Below, in pieces: positions 11,418-19,880 of a DNA stretch of 64,000 bases. Position 1 is the stretch's first letter. Every line of letters starts with the position of its first letter. Location: assembly GCA_015258265.1 (NCBI GenBank), contig JABZIP010000005.1:11521-75520 (forward strand), read 5' to 3'. Below the pieces are notes generated by a model, which had not been told where the DNA came from, searched no databases, and saw only the letters and a program-made list of their open reading frames with translations. The position numbers were made by a program, and so were the translations under genes. This DNA comes from Clostridiales bacterium. Its GTDB lineage: Bacteria > Bacillota > Clostridia > Peptostreptococcales > Anaerovoracaceae.

Positions 11418-11957
11418 TCAATTATACCCGCAATAATACGCTTCTCTTTTCAGTTCTCCTGCTGCCGTCACCAATTTATCTAATGAATAATTCCTATCTA
11501 AATTACCCTTAAATATATTCAGATAGTCAGTACAAGCCGTGCTGTTTAGCGGAATTTCGTTCAAAAGCCGACAAATCTTCTTAGCTATATTTTCCTCGTT
11601 ACTTGCCATTTGATATTTCAATGCTATTTCCATATCATCGTTGATATAAAGCATATTCATTGACAATTCCAATTTTCTCAAATCGAACATATAATTTTCC
11701 GCCCTGCGCAAATTTAAACATAATTTTTCTAAAACTCCCAGTAATTTCAACGGCGTATCTAAATCTTCCGCAGCAACTTTTCTAAAACCTGCATCGTCAA
11801 TAAAGCTGTAAATAGTATCCCCTACGACACTAAAACTTTGCTTTAAAAATACACCATGCTCCCCCTTTGCCAAAATATTCATTTCAAAATCGGCAAGTCG
11901 CTTGCGTTCGTATTGTGCCTCCATATCATACACCCCCACAGATGCTGCAAGGCGCAA
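11418..11957 (-). CDS. hypothetical protein at distal end of Tad pilus operon
   Basis: 179 aa ORF, no recognisable domain and no TM segment. Overlaps the upstream gene by about 30 nt, so the true start may be internal (MEAQYERK...). Confidence 0.45.
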   Translation of the reverse strand: MRLAASVGVYDMEAQYERKRLADFEMNILAKGEHGVFLKQSFSVVGDTIYSFIDDAGFRKVAAEDLDTPLKLLGVLEKLCLNLRRAENYMFDLRKLELSMNMLYINDDMEIALKYQMASNEENIAKKICRLLNEIPLNSTACTDYLNIFKGNLDRNYSLDKLVTAAGELKREAYYCGYN

Positions 11958-12711
11958 ACCCTTTTTTCTCAGCCTCCACCTTTTCCATCTCTATCACATA
12001 TTTATCCACCGCATTGCATGATCCTCTATGATATACATCTCCGCTCTTATAAAAGCAATACACGCATCCTCCCATGCTAACAGATTTTGCGTTACACAAT
12101 TTACACGGTTTAAACCGTGCTCTGACTTTTTTATCTAAAACCGTTCTTGTTGCGTAATTCTGTATGTACCTACAATTCTTGCAATGATATTTTTCACCGG
12201 CTCGTGGAAATACCCAAACTTTTTGCGAGTCTTCCTCTTCTTCAAGTAAATCAAAGCCTTTGGGATTCTCATAATCATCTTGCCCGACAAATGCTCTCGT
12301 AAGCATATGTTCCTTCAAAAATATAGTACCTGCCATAGGCATACCAAGTTTCGGTTCCATAGAATAATCAACATCAAACGAAATCAAATTGTTAATACCG
12401 TGCCTTTTGTATCTATACCAAAATTTTTTTACTGCCACATCGAAAATCTCCGGATTTTCATGCACGATACGCCTTTCCAGTTTTTGCGTAAATGCAAGCG
12501 CCTCAATCTTTCCCACAGCAGTATAAGAATGTATAGCAAGCAGCCTCGCCTCATCCGCTGCACTATGCTCGACCGATTCACTTGCCGAATTTACCTTAAG
12601 CATAAAAGCAAGCGACAATATCGCTATTATTACAATTGGTAACAATATCGCTGTTTCAAGAGTTAAACTACCTTCTTTACACTTAATATATCTATCAATA
12701 ATTCTGAACAT
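11926..12711 (-). CDS. TadE-like pseudopilin with C-terminal tandem Cys4 zinc-ribbon-like modules
   Basis: N-terminus EGSLTLETAILLPIVII matches the TadE/TadG N-terminal motif. C-terminus carries two CxxC-(~25 aa)-CxxC units. Confidence 0.6.
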   Translation of the reverse strand: MFRIIDRYIKCKEGSLTLETAILLPIVIIAILSLAFMLKVNSASESVEHSAADEARLLAIHSYTAVGKIEALAFTQKLERRIVHENPEIFDVAVKKFWYRYKRHGINNLISFDVDYSMEPKLGMPMAGTIFLKEHMLTRAFVGQDDYENPKGFDLLEEEEDSQKVWVFPRAGEKYHCKNCRYIQNYATRTVLDKKVRARFKPCKLCNAKSVSMGGCVYCFYKSGDVYHRGSCNAVDKYVIEMEKVEAEKKGFAPCSICGGV

Positions 12712-13945
12712 TTTGATGCCTTTTCCCGTTCACAAGTACATTGTATGCAAGCCCCGTATAGCAATCCTCTATGAAAAAATCTTCGTCATCACATCCTTGC
12801 AAGTTAATTTGTATTAAATCCATGCTCCTATATATCTTTTTCTCCTCCTTTTGCGCCGCAAGGACCAGCCTCAAATACTCATCATAACTCATCCCGCTTG
12901 TATCCGTAGGAACAATATACCCCCTCGAATCATCCGATTTTTTAGCCACAATACCGTATATTTTATCCTTTATCGCACCAAGTCCCACTGCCCACTGCAT
13001 ATCAGTTTTAGCAAATGCAACATTTTTCTTATCGAGAATCAGCTTTACATCGTTTGAGGTTTCCGCTATTGCCCATGCTTCTGCTATAATTACAGCCGTA
13101 GCAACCGCTGCAACACCCGGCGTGAGAATTTCCGCCAGCTCTGTTATTTCTTGCATTTTTTTCGGATTTGCATAAATATGTGCAGAATTGAGTGCCAATC
13201 GCATTATCCAAAAATCTCGCTTAAAGGCTTCTAAGTTAGCAGCATCACTTAATTTTCCATATATTATATATTCTATTTCGTTTTGGAAAAATGTATAGAT
13301 CTTGCTGCTATTTTTATCGTATGTGTTGAAATTTTTCTCTATATACATATCCATGCAAAAATTCTCAATCGAAATTTTTCCTGTAGGCACAAGTTCCGTT
13401 ACATTGGAAAATATACTCGTTACAGCCTCTTTTCCATAAGTGTTTGACGGCAATTTGCTAATCAAGCGCTTATTTCTAATTACACCTTCACTATCTTCGC
13501 TTTTCCCTTTATTTTCCTTTTTGACAATCGACGGATATTTCAAACTTTCAAGAGCCTCTTTCTTAAAATTATCAGGTTCTATAAGTGCAAATTCATCTAA
13601 AATCACCGTACACGATTCAAGTTTAGGCTTAACCAAAGCAAAACTTTTAGCCTCTTTTTTAGAACGGAAATTTTCCAAAATATAAAATTTTAATTTGTCT
13701 TCCGTATTGTTATAAAAATCTTTAAACGCAAATATCCCATAGTCATCTTTCAATGCAGCATGAAACTCCGACAAAATAGCGCGCCCCGATGTTTGGAGCA
13801 CGCTTTCCTCATATGAATAGTTAGTGAAATTTGCTCCCGCATATACAAACACTACCGTAAGCATTAACATCGCCGAAAAAATCAATGCCAAAAGCACCGA
13901 TGAATTGCCTTTCTTGCTGAAAATACAAATTCCTATACCATTCAT
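12695..13945 (-). CDS. membrane-anchored Tad pilus assembly protein (TadG-like, putative)
   Basis: 416 aa, single N-terminal TM helix, position inside the tad operon. No other recognisable domain. Confidence 0.45.
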   Translation of the reverse strand: MNGIGICIFSKKGNSSVLLALIFSAMLMLTVVFVYAGANFTNYSYEESVLQTSGRAILSEFHAALKDDYGIFAFKDFYNNTEDKLKFYILENFRSKKEAKSFALVKPKLESCTVILDEFALIEPDNFKKEALESLKYPSIVKKENKGKSEDSEGVIRNKRLISKLPSNTYGKEAVTSIFSNVTELVPTGKISIENFCMDMYIEKNFNTYDKNSSKIYTFFQNEIEYIIYGKLSDAANLEAFKRDFWIMRLALNSAHIYANPKKMQEITELAEILTPGVAAVATAVIIAEAWAIAETSNDVKLILDKKNVAFAKTDMQWAVGLGAIKDKIYGIVAKKSDDSRGYIVPTDTSGMSYDEYLRLVLAAQKEEKKIYRSMDLIQINLQGCDDEDFFIEDCYTGLAYNVLVNGKRHQNVQNY

Positions 13946-14364
13946 TTAATCACCATATCCAACTTTCTGATATACTTTTTTTCATCTATGTCATAAAGCA
14001 CCGAATAATGGCTGCGCTTCTTAGTAGAAAACGCTATCCCATAAGAGCTGTACTGTTTTGCCCTTATCCCTTCCAAAACCGTTTCTGTGCCTGTTCGTCC
14101 TCTTTTAATCGTATCGCCATACATGAACACTTGCTTTGAATACTTATCTTGTACCAGCGCCATCGAATTTGAAAATTCAAAACTTCCTATCTTATTGTCA
14201 GTCAAATTTTTTTCCTTCAATTCGATATTAAGTCCGGCTTTTGCCACGCTCGCCATATACATAGATATTATTATGCAAATTACAGTAATCATAGTCAAAA
14301 ATATCAAGGGATATATAAGCGATGCCTCCACAATAGCTCCGCCCTTTTTACATTTAATTTTCAT
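13942..14364 (-). CDS. TadE-like pseudopilin
   Basis: 140 aa, GGAIVEASLIYPLIFLTMITV TadE-family N-terminal motif. Confidence 0.65.
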   Translation of the reverse strand: MKIKCKKGGAIVEASLIYPLIFLTMITVICIIISMYMASVAKAGLNIELKEKNLTDNKIGSFEFSNSMALVQDKYSKQVFMYGDTIKRGRTGTETVLEGIRAKQYSSYGIAFSTKKRSHYSVLYDIDEKKYIRKLDMVIK

Positions 14365-14517
14365 CTAAAAACCCGCATTCATCAATCCTGCAAATATTTT
14401 TTCGACAAAATTGGTTATGTGGCTCTTAAAAAGCAAGCCTACACCGATAGCGATAGCTATAAGTATTCCAACTTGAACCATTTCCATTCCCTTTTTGCTT
14501 CTAAACATTTTCAACAT
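14365..14517 (-). CDS. flp: Flp/Fap family type IVb pilin
   Basis: Approximately 50 aa: MLKMFRSKKGMEMVQVGILIAIAIGVGLLF..., a short leader followed by a hydrophobic helix. GGGAGGA RBS 7 nt upstream. The ORF track's longer N-terminus (to 14562) overlaps tadC. Confidence 0.7.
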   Translation of the reverse strand: MLKMFRSKKGMEMVQVGILIAIAIGVGLLFKSHITNFVEKIFAGLMNAGF

Positions 14518-14536
14518 ACTTTCTTCCTCCCTTCTT

Positions 14537-15703
14537 TCACATATCGAGCATCGCCGGCGCAAGAGTTATTAAAATCAGAGATAAAAGCTGCATCGCAAGC
14601 GGTATGGTCAATTTTGTTTCAGCTACTCTTGCCCGTTCTTCCGCTCGCTTCCTTCTTTGATAAGACAGAAGCTCGCTTTCAGTTTGCATTGCCCGCACAA
14701 GCTCTGTCCCTCTATTGATATTATCGCTTATCACATTAACAACCCTTATAAACTCTTTATTTTCCGTTCGCTTAGAGAATTTTTTCAATTCTACAATTAC
14801 AGAAGCATTGCTTTCCTTAGACTTTTGATTTATTTTCCAAAGTTCATCGTAAAAATACGATTGACAATTTGATATGCTGCCATAAGCAACAGTTTTCTCA
14901 AATGCCGATGTAAATACCATTCCTGCATTTATGAGTAGCACCAATTTATTAAAGAATTCCGACAATTCTCGTTCAACCGATTCTGCTGCCTTTTTTTCCT
15001 CTCTTTTGAACCTTTCGTACCTACCCGCATATACTAACACCAGTCCTAAAATACCTGCAATCAAAATCACTATGTATGTCCTGTCTTTTTTGCTCCTCCA
15101 CGATAGTTGCTTTATACTTCCCGCTTCTTTCGGCAGTTTGATTACATCTCTATCGTCCTTTGCTCCTATAGTATATAATTTAAGTTTAAGTTCATCATCA
15201 GCGCTCTTTCGCCTTGCCGCAAGCAGGCGCTTTTCTTCCTGCTCGCGTTGCTTTTTCACATATCCCTTTGGGTTTACTAAAAGCAATACTTTCTTATCGA
15301 TTTTTTCTTTTTTCGATTTTCCCGATACCACAAGCTCCAAGTTTTTCGGTACTTCTTCCGCAATCTTTCTACTCACATACTGCCTACCGTTTTTCTCAAA
15401 AACTATTTCCTCATCATTTAAAACTATGTTTATGACAAAACAAGTAATTAACATAGTAGCGATAACTAAAATCAGAAAATATCTTTTGCAAATTTCGCTC
15501 CTGTGTCTTTCAATCTTCGAAAAATCCGCTTCATCTCCGCAAACCTTATAAAGTAATCTTCTGAATTCCTCCTCTTGCCCCGTAAACCTCGCGGGTAGGA
15601 CTTTGGATATTTTTTTAGAAATCTCATCCAAACTATTGCTCAATTTTCCGTCATTCGAAATAAAGCTATTATCGTTTTTTAAACTCATTTTAAAGAATTT
15701 CAT
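14537..15703 (-). CDS. tadC: Tad pilus assembly protein TadC (T2SS F domain) with extended N-terminal region
   Basis: C-terminal approximately 150 aa are a GspF/T2SSF-like domain with TM segments. N-terminal approximately 230 aa are Lys/Glu-rich between two TM helices. Confidence 0.7.
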   Translation of the reverse strand: MKFFKMSLKNDNSFISNDGKLSNSLDEISKKISKVLPARFTGQEEEFRRLLYKVCGDEADFSKIERHRSEICKRYFLILVIATMLITCFVINIVLNDEEIVFEKNGRQYVSRKIAEEVPKNLELVVSGKSKKEKIDKKVLLLVNPKGYVKKQREQEEKRLLAARRKSADDELKLKLYTIGAKDDRDVIKLPKEAGSIKQLSWRSKKDRTYIVILIAGILGLVLVYAGRYERFKREEKKAAESVERELSEFFNKLVLLINAGMVFTSAFEKTVAYGSISNCQSYFYDELWKINQKSKESNASVIVELKKFSKRTENKEFIRVVNVISDNINRGTELVRAMQTESELLSYQRRKRAEERARVAETKLTIPLAMQLLSLILITLAPAMLDM

Positions 15704-16470
15704 ATTTCAATATCCATTATCCTTCCCATCACATAATAAGCTGCTGCGGTAATAGCAAGTGCAAGTGTCATTATCAACATTCCTATTCCCGTATGATACA
15801 GCTTGTCCAAATACCCGGGAGACATCAAGTTAAGAAAAACTATTATCACAAGCGGCATTAAACTGATAATTTTTCCCTCAACACGCTTTTGCGCTGTCAA
15901 TGTTTGAATTTCTCTTGATACATTTAATCTATTAACCAAAATTTGCGTTGTATTCAAAATCACCTGTTTCACATCAGCCCCCGTACTTCTACAAATGGAA
16001 TAAGTTTCAGCAAAACTGATTATTTCGGCAATCCTACTCCTATACGCAAAATCCTTTAATAGTTCCTCCTCATTGGCATGACTTTCTTTTATAGCATTTA
16101 TCATTAAAGAAAGCTCCTGCATGATAGGCTCGCTATCGTTATAAATCAAACTCAAACTGCCTTCAGCTTCTAACAGCGCCTCCGCCATTTGTCTCCCCGA
16201 GCTTATAGATGCATCCAGCGCATATAGCAAGTCCCGAAAACTATACCTAAGCCTTTCTGAAATTTGCCGCAACCTATAAGCCTCGTAAAATCTCTTAAGC
16301 GGTACAGAAAGCAAAGAAAAAACTACAGACACGATAATGTTTCCATAAAAAATCACTCCGACCACCATAAATGCGGATATGCATTTCATATAATAATCTA
16401 CCGTTTCCTTTTTAGATAACCTGTAAACCGTATAATTCGGTTTCTTATTATCTAACTCTCCTTCGCCCAT
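15700..16470 (-). CDS. tadB: Tad pilus assembly protein TadB (T2SS F domain)
   Basis: 256 aa polytopic protein with T2SSF-like domain. Alternative start at about 16389 (MKCISAF...) would remove the overlap with cpaF. Confidence 0.7.
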   Translation of the reverse strand: MGEGELDNKKPNYTVYRLSKKETVDYYMKCISAFMVVGVIFYGNIIVSVVFSLLSVPLKRFYEAYRLRQISERLRYSFRDLLYALDASISSGRQMAEALLEAEGSLSLIYNDSEPIMQELSLMINAIKESHANEEELLKDFAYRSRIAEIISFAETYSICRSTGADVKQVILNTTQILVNRLNVSREIQTLTAQKRVEGKIISLMPLVIIVFLNLMSPGYLDKLYHTGIGMLIMTLALAITAAAYYVMGRIMDIEI

Positions 16471-17828
16471 AATTCCTCCTCTTTAAGCCCACGAAGTATC
16501 ATTTTTCTGATATTTTTCATCTTATTTCCCGTTCGCTGCAGCCCTTTTTCCTTATCATACAGGAATATTTCGTTCAACACATAATCGGAGCCGTCATGTC
16601 CCAGTATCTCTGTAATTTCAAGCACTTTTCTACTTTTATCCGCCATTCGGCTCAAATGCACCATTACATCTATCCCTTCAACAATCTGTCCTCTTATCGC
16701 GTCTATTGGAAAATCCGCCGCTTGCATTACCATAGTTTCAAGTCTTTTCAACATTCCCTTTACAGAATTACCATGTCCTGTAGAAAGTGAACCGTCATGC
16801 CCGGTATTAAAAGCATTCAGCATATCAAGCACTTCCTTGCCTCTCACTTCACCGACAATTATCCTGTTAGGTCGCATCCTCAGACTGCTTCTTATAAGCT
16901 GCTGCATATCGACCTCGCCCATACCCTGAACATTAGATTGTTTGCATTCCATTCGCACCAAATTCTCAATGCCGATAATTTGAAGCTCCGCAGCATCTTC
17001 TATAGTTATCACTCGCTCATCCTTCGGAATATACGACGAAAGCACATTAAGCATGCTCGTTTTGCCGCTTCCTGTTCCTCCACTTATAAAAACATTCGAA
17101 CCGAACCTCACCAATTTTTCCAAAAAATCAGCAGCCTCTTCCGTAATGCTTCCAAACCCTATCATATCTTTCATATCATAGGCTTTCTCAGGAAATCTCC
17201 TAATCGTAAGCGCAGGTCCGTTCAGCGCCACATTCTTATAAACGGCATTCACCCTTGATCCGTCTAAAAGTCTGGCATCTACTATAGGATTTAATTCGTT
17301 TATCTCTCTGTGGACTCTCGCCGCTATCCTCCTAATGATTTCCTCGAGCTCCTCAACATTCGAAAAACTTTTCCCCGTATTTATAAGAGTACCGTCGCGC
17401 TCCACAAAAATGTTTTCCGTGCCGTTCACCATTATCTCCGTAACTTTCTTATCTTCCGTAAATGGATACAATAGTCCGACATCGCAGCGAACCGAAAAGT
17501 AAACTTGCCTAATCAGATTGTCTTTTTCTCGAAAATTCAAATCTTTCGTAAGCTCACTGTCAAGCAATAATCTTTCGATAAATTCAAATGCCGCTTCTTC
17601 GCTTTCAAAACTTTCGCCGACACTCATGGCTTTCCTCACAAAAGAGAGTGCCTCAGTCCTGACCTCATTATCAAGTTTCACCATTCCGTAATCCAAATCC
17701 ATAATTGCGTTTTCTTCCTTTGCTTGCAATTTATTCCTGTTATATACATAATAAAACAGCTGCAATAGAATTGCAACTGTTTTAATTCGACTTTTTTCGA
17801 CATGCCTGTGGATAACTTCCTCCGGCAT
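16452..17828 (-). CDS. cpaF: CpaF/TadA family pilus assembly ATPase
   Basis: 458 aa, Walker A GGTGSGKTS, VirB11/CpaF signature ITIEDAAEL, His box. Confidence 0.88.
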   Translation of the reverse strand: MPEEVIHRHVEKSRIKTVAILLQLFYYVYNRNKLQAKEENAIMDLDYGMVKLDNEVRTEALSFVRKAMSVGESFESEEAAFEFIERLLLDSELTKDLNFREKDNLIRQVYFSVRCDVGLLYPFTEDKKVTEIMVNGTENIFVERDGTLINTGKSFSNVEELEEIIRRIAARVHREINELNPIVDARLLDGSRVNAVYKNVALNGPALTIRRFPEKAYDMKDMIGFGSITEEAADFLEKLVRFGSNVFISGGTGSGKTSMLNVLSSYIPKDERVITIEDAAELQIIGIENLVRMECKQSNVQGMGEVDMQQLIRSSLRMRPNRIIVGEVRGKEVLDMLNAFNTGHDGSLSTGHGNSVKGMLKRLETMVMQAADFPIDAIRGQIVEGIDVMVHLSRMADKSRKVLEITEILGHDGSDYVLNEIFLYDKEKGLQRTGNKMKNIRKMILRGLKEEELWAKES

Positions 17829-17858
17829 ACCATTTTGGGCCTACCTTAAATCGGTAAA

Positions 17859-18242
17859 CTATTTGATTTCAGTTTTCCAAAGACCGTGCAAATTGCAGTA
17901 TTCATAAACTGCCAGCGGCTTTTCACCTTCGCTTAGTAGGAACTCTGCGCACGGTTTTTCGCCGGGTTTAAGATCCTTTCTATAAGCCCCTTTGCTAGTT
18001 TCCAAATAGATGAACATAATATAATGCTCCTCAAGCATAGGATGCTCAACCTCTCCAACAACTGCTGTAACTTTGTTACCCTCAACTGTTACTACCGGTG
18101 TGTGCTTTTCCAAAGCGGCATCTACCGTATTTGCAACAAGCTCCTTCATTTCCTCACCGCAACAGACAAGTTTGTCGTTGAACTCTCCAAAAACTTCCAA
18201 TATATGTCCACCGTTTGCACATTTAAAAAATTTATTTGCCAT
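17859..18242 (-). CDS. dfx: desulfoferrodoxin-type superoxide reductase with degenerate N-terminal centre I
   Basis: 127 aa; SOR centre II ligands present (EKHTP, HxxxxH, CNLH). N-terminal domain has C-x4-H...CC instead of CxxC...CC. Confidence 0.75.
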   Translation of the reverse strand: MANKFFKCANGGHILEVFGEFNDKLVCCGEEMKELVANTVDAALEKHTPVVTVEGNKVTAVVGEVEHPMLEEHYIMFIYLETSKGAYRKDLKPGEKPCAEFLLSEGEKPLAVYEYCNLHGLWKTEIK

Positions 18243-18332
18243 TTTAAACCTCCATATTATCTAATGTGTTGTAACTAGTTTATACACCAATTTTCTGCAC
18301 TAATAACACTAATAACGGAAGTTAATTTTTTG

Positions 18333-18962
18333 TCAATTTTGCGCACCGGCAAGAGCAGCTTTAACCGCTCCTTTGATGCCGTTTGAACTGTAAGTAGCTC
18401 CGGCAACCGCATCCACATCCGCACTTTGTGCTGCCAAGATTTTACCGATTACCGCCTTTGCATCATCGATATACGGAGAATCCTCTTTGTGCGAAATAAT
18501 ACTTATTGACTTGATTGCATCCGCCTTCAATACAACCGATACCGTAATATTATCGACATATCCTTTGGCACTTCCCGTAAAAGTTCCGTCTTTGTACTTT
18601 TGCGCAGGAACTGTAGGTTCCGCCTTTTCCGGTTCGGTTTTCAATATTTCTTTCTTTTCAGGCTCTGCTTTAGCAGTTGCCGTTTTTTCCGATTCCGCCT
18701 TTACGGATTTTGATTTTTCAGCTTCATCCGCCGGCTTTGCTTCCTGTTTTTCTACCGGTTTGTCTGCAGTTTTTTCTTCCGATTTTTTTGCTTCTGCCGT
18801 AGGTTCCTCCTCTTTTTTTTGCGTTTCGCTTTCCTGCTTTTCGGAAACTGCCTTCACAGTCTCACTTTTATCCCCTTCGATTTTATCAGTTTTTTCACAA
18901 CCCGACAAAAATACGCTTACACAGATTGCCAGCACAAATACCAACAACTTGACTTTTTTCAT
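18333..18962 (-). CDS. FMN-binding domain lipoprotein (ApbE substrate type)
   Basis: Lipobox FLSGC, Lys/Glu/Ala-rich linker, C-terminal FMN_bind domain with flavinylation motif DAVAGATYSS. Start taken at MKKVKLL. Confidence 0.8.
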   Translation of the reverse strand: MKKVKLLVFVLAICVSVFLSGCEKTDKIEGDKSETVKAVSEKQESETQKKEEEPTAEAKKSEEKTADKPVEKQEAKPADEAEKSKSVKAESEKTATAKAEPEKKEILKTEPEKAEPTVPAQKYKDGTFTGSAKGYVDNITVSVVLKADAIKSISIISHKEDSPYIDDAKAVIGKILAAQSADVDAVAGATYSSNGIKGAVKAALAGAQN

Positions 18963-19047
18963 AATCTCCTCCATATACATTTTTTAATTTCATCCACGTT
19001 TATATTTTTTATTTCATTCTTTTGCTCGCATACTTGCTTCAGAGCAC

Positions 19048-19752
19048 CTAATGTTTTTCGCTTTTTTGCCCTAGCGCCTTTCTGATTCTCAAAAATGCGT
19101 ACATACCGAATACAACCGTATAAATGGCAGAGTCGATAACATAATGCCAAAATACGTCGTAATGCTCAAGTTGCCGCATTTGCAGAGCTATTGATACAAA
19201 AATCAACATTACATGAATATATATGAGCATATAGAACGGATACGCCAATCTTTGCAGTTTTTTCCAACTTTTCGCTTTCATCTTTTTCCTTACGCTCTTA
19301 AATGATGTGATCATCAAAGGCAACATAACAGCATCCAAAACTATCGTCAGGATAGTAGCAATTACAAAAGGTGTACTCAAGCGCTCTCTTGATGTAAAAA
19401 GCCACACTATATAATTTTTCCCATAGAAAAAATTGTGCACAAGTGTCAATATACAAGCTATAATCGAAAGCTCTGCACGAACCGACATCAGCCGTATCTT
19501 GATTTGTGTACCGTTTTTAAATATAGCAGCCCACATCACAAGTGTAAAAAGTGCAGTCGCCACTATTCCCCGTTCAAACAGCATAGATATCTCATGAAGC
19601 AGGGCATTTGTACGCATAATCTCAAAGCCTGCCGCCGATATGCAAAATATGACAAATGCACCTATGTAGTAAACAGGTGCGTATTTTTTAATAGATTTGT
19701 GCAAAAACATCACAACGGCAAGTAAAACCACCGTAGTTAAAATAAATTTCAT
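19048..19752 (-). CDS. ferric-reductase-like transmembrane (MsrQ/YedZ-type, di-heme b) protein
   Basis: 234 aa, 6 predicted TM helices with conserved His in TM helices (HNFFYG, YIHVML). Lies immediately upstream of the FMN-binding lipoprotein. Confidence 0.6.
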   Translation of the reverse strand: MKFILTTVVLLAVVMFLHKSIKKYAPVYYIGAFVIFCISAAGFEIMRTNALLHEISMLFERGIVATALFTLVMWAAIFKNGTQIKIRLMSVRAELSIIACILTLVHNFFYGKNYIVWLFTSRERLSTPFVIATILTIVLDAVMLPLMITSFKSVRKKMKAKSWKKLQRLAYPFYMLIYIHVMLIFVSIALQMRQLEHYDVFWHYVIDSAIYTVVFGMYAFLRIRKALGQKSEKH

Positions 19753-19849
19753 AGTACATCCTTATTTGTTTTATATACTTTAACTTTATAATCTTTAAAT
19801 ACTATAATAAAAAATTAAACTTTTTAAATTTTTGTGTTTAGTCTGCAAT

Positions 19850-19873
19850 AGGAGTGGCTGAAAAGCCACTCCT
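19850..19873 (-). terminator. 10-bp perfect stem-loop (AGGAGTGGCT-GAAA-AGCCACTCCT) 8 nt downstream of the SLH gene stop; weak U-tract
   Basis: Seen directly in the sequence; there is no strong T-run on the minus strand. Confidence 0.4.
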
Positions 19874-19880
19874 AAATTTG

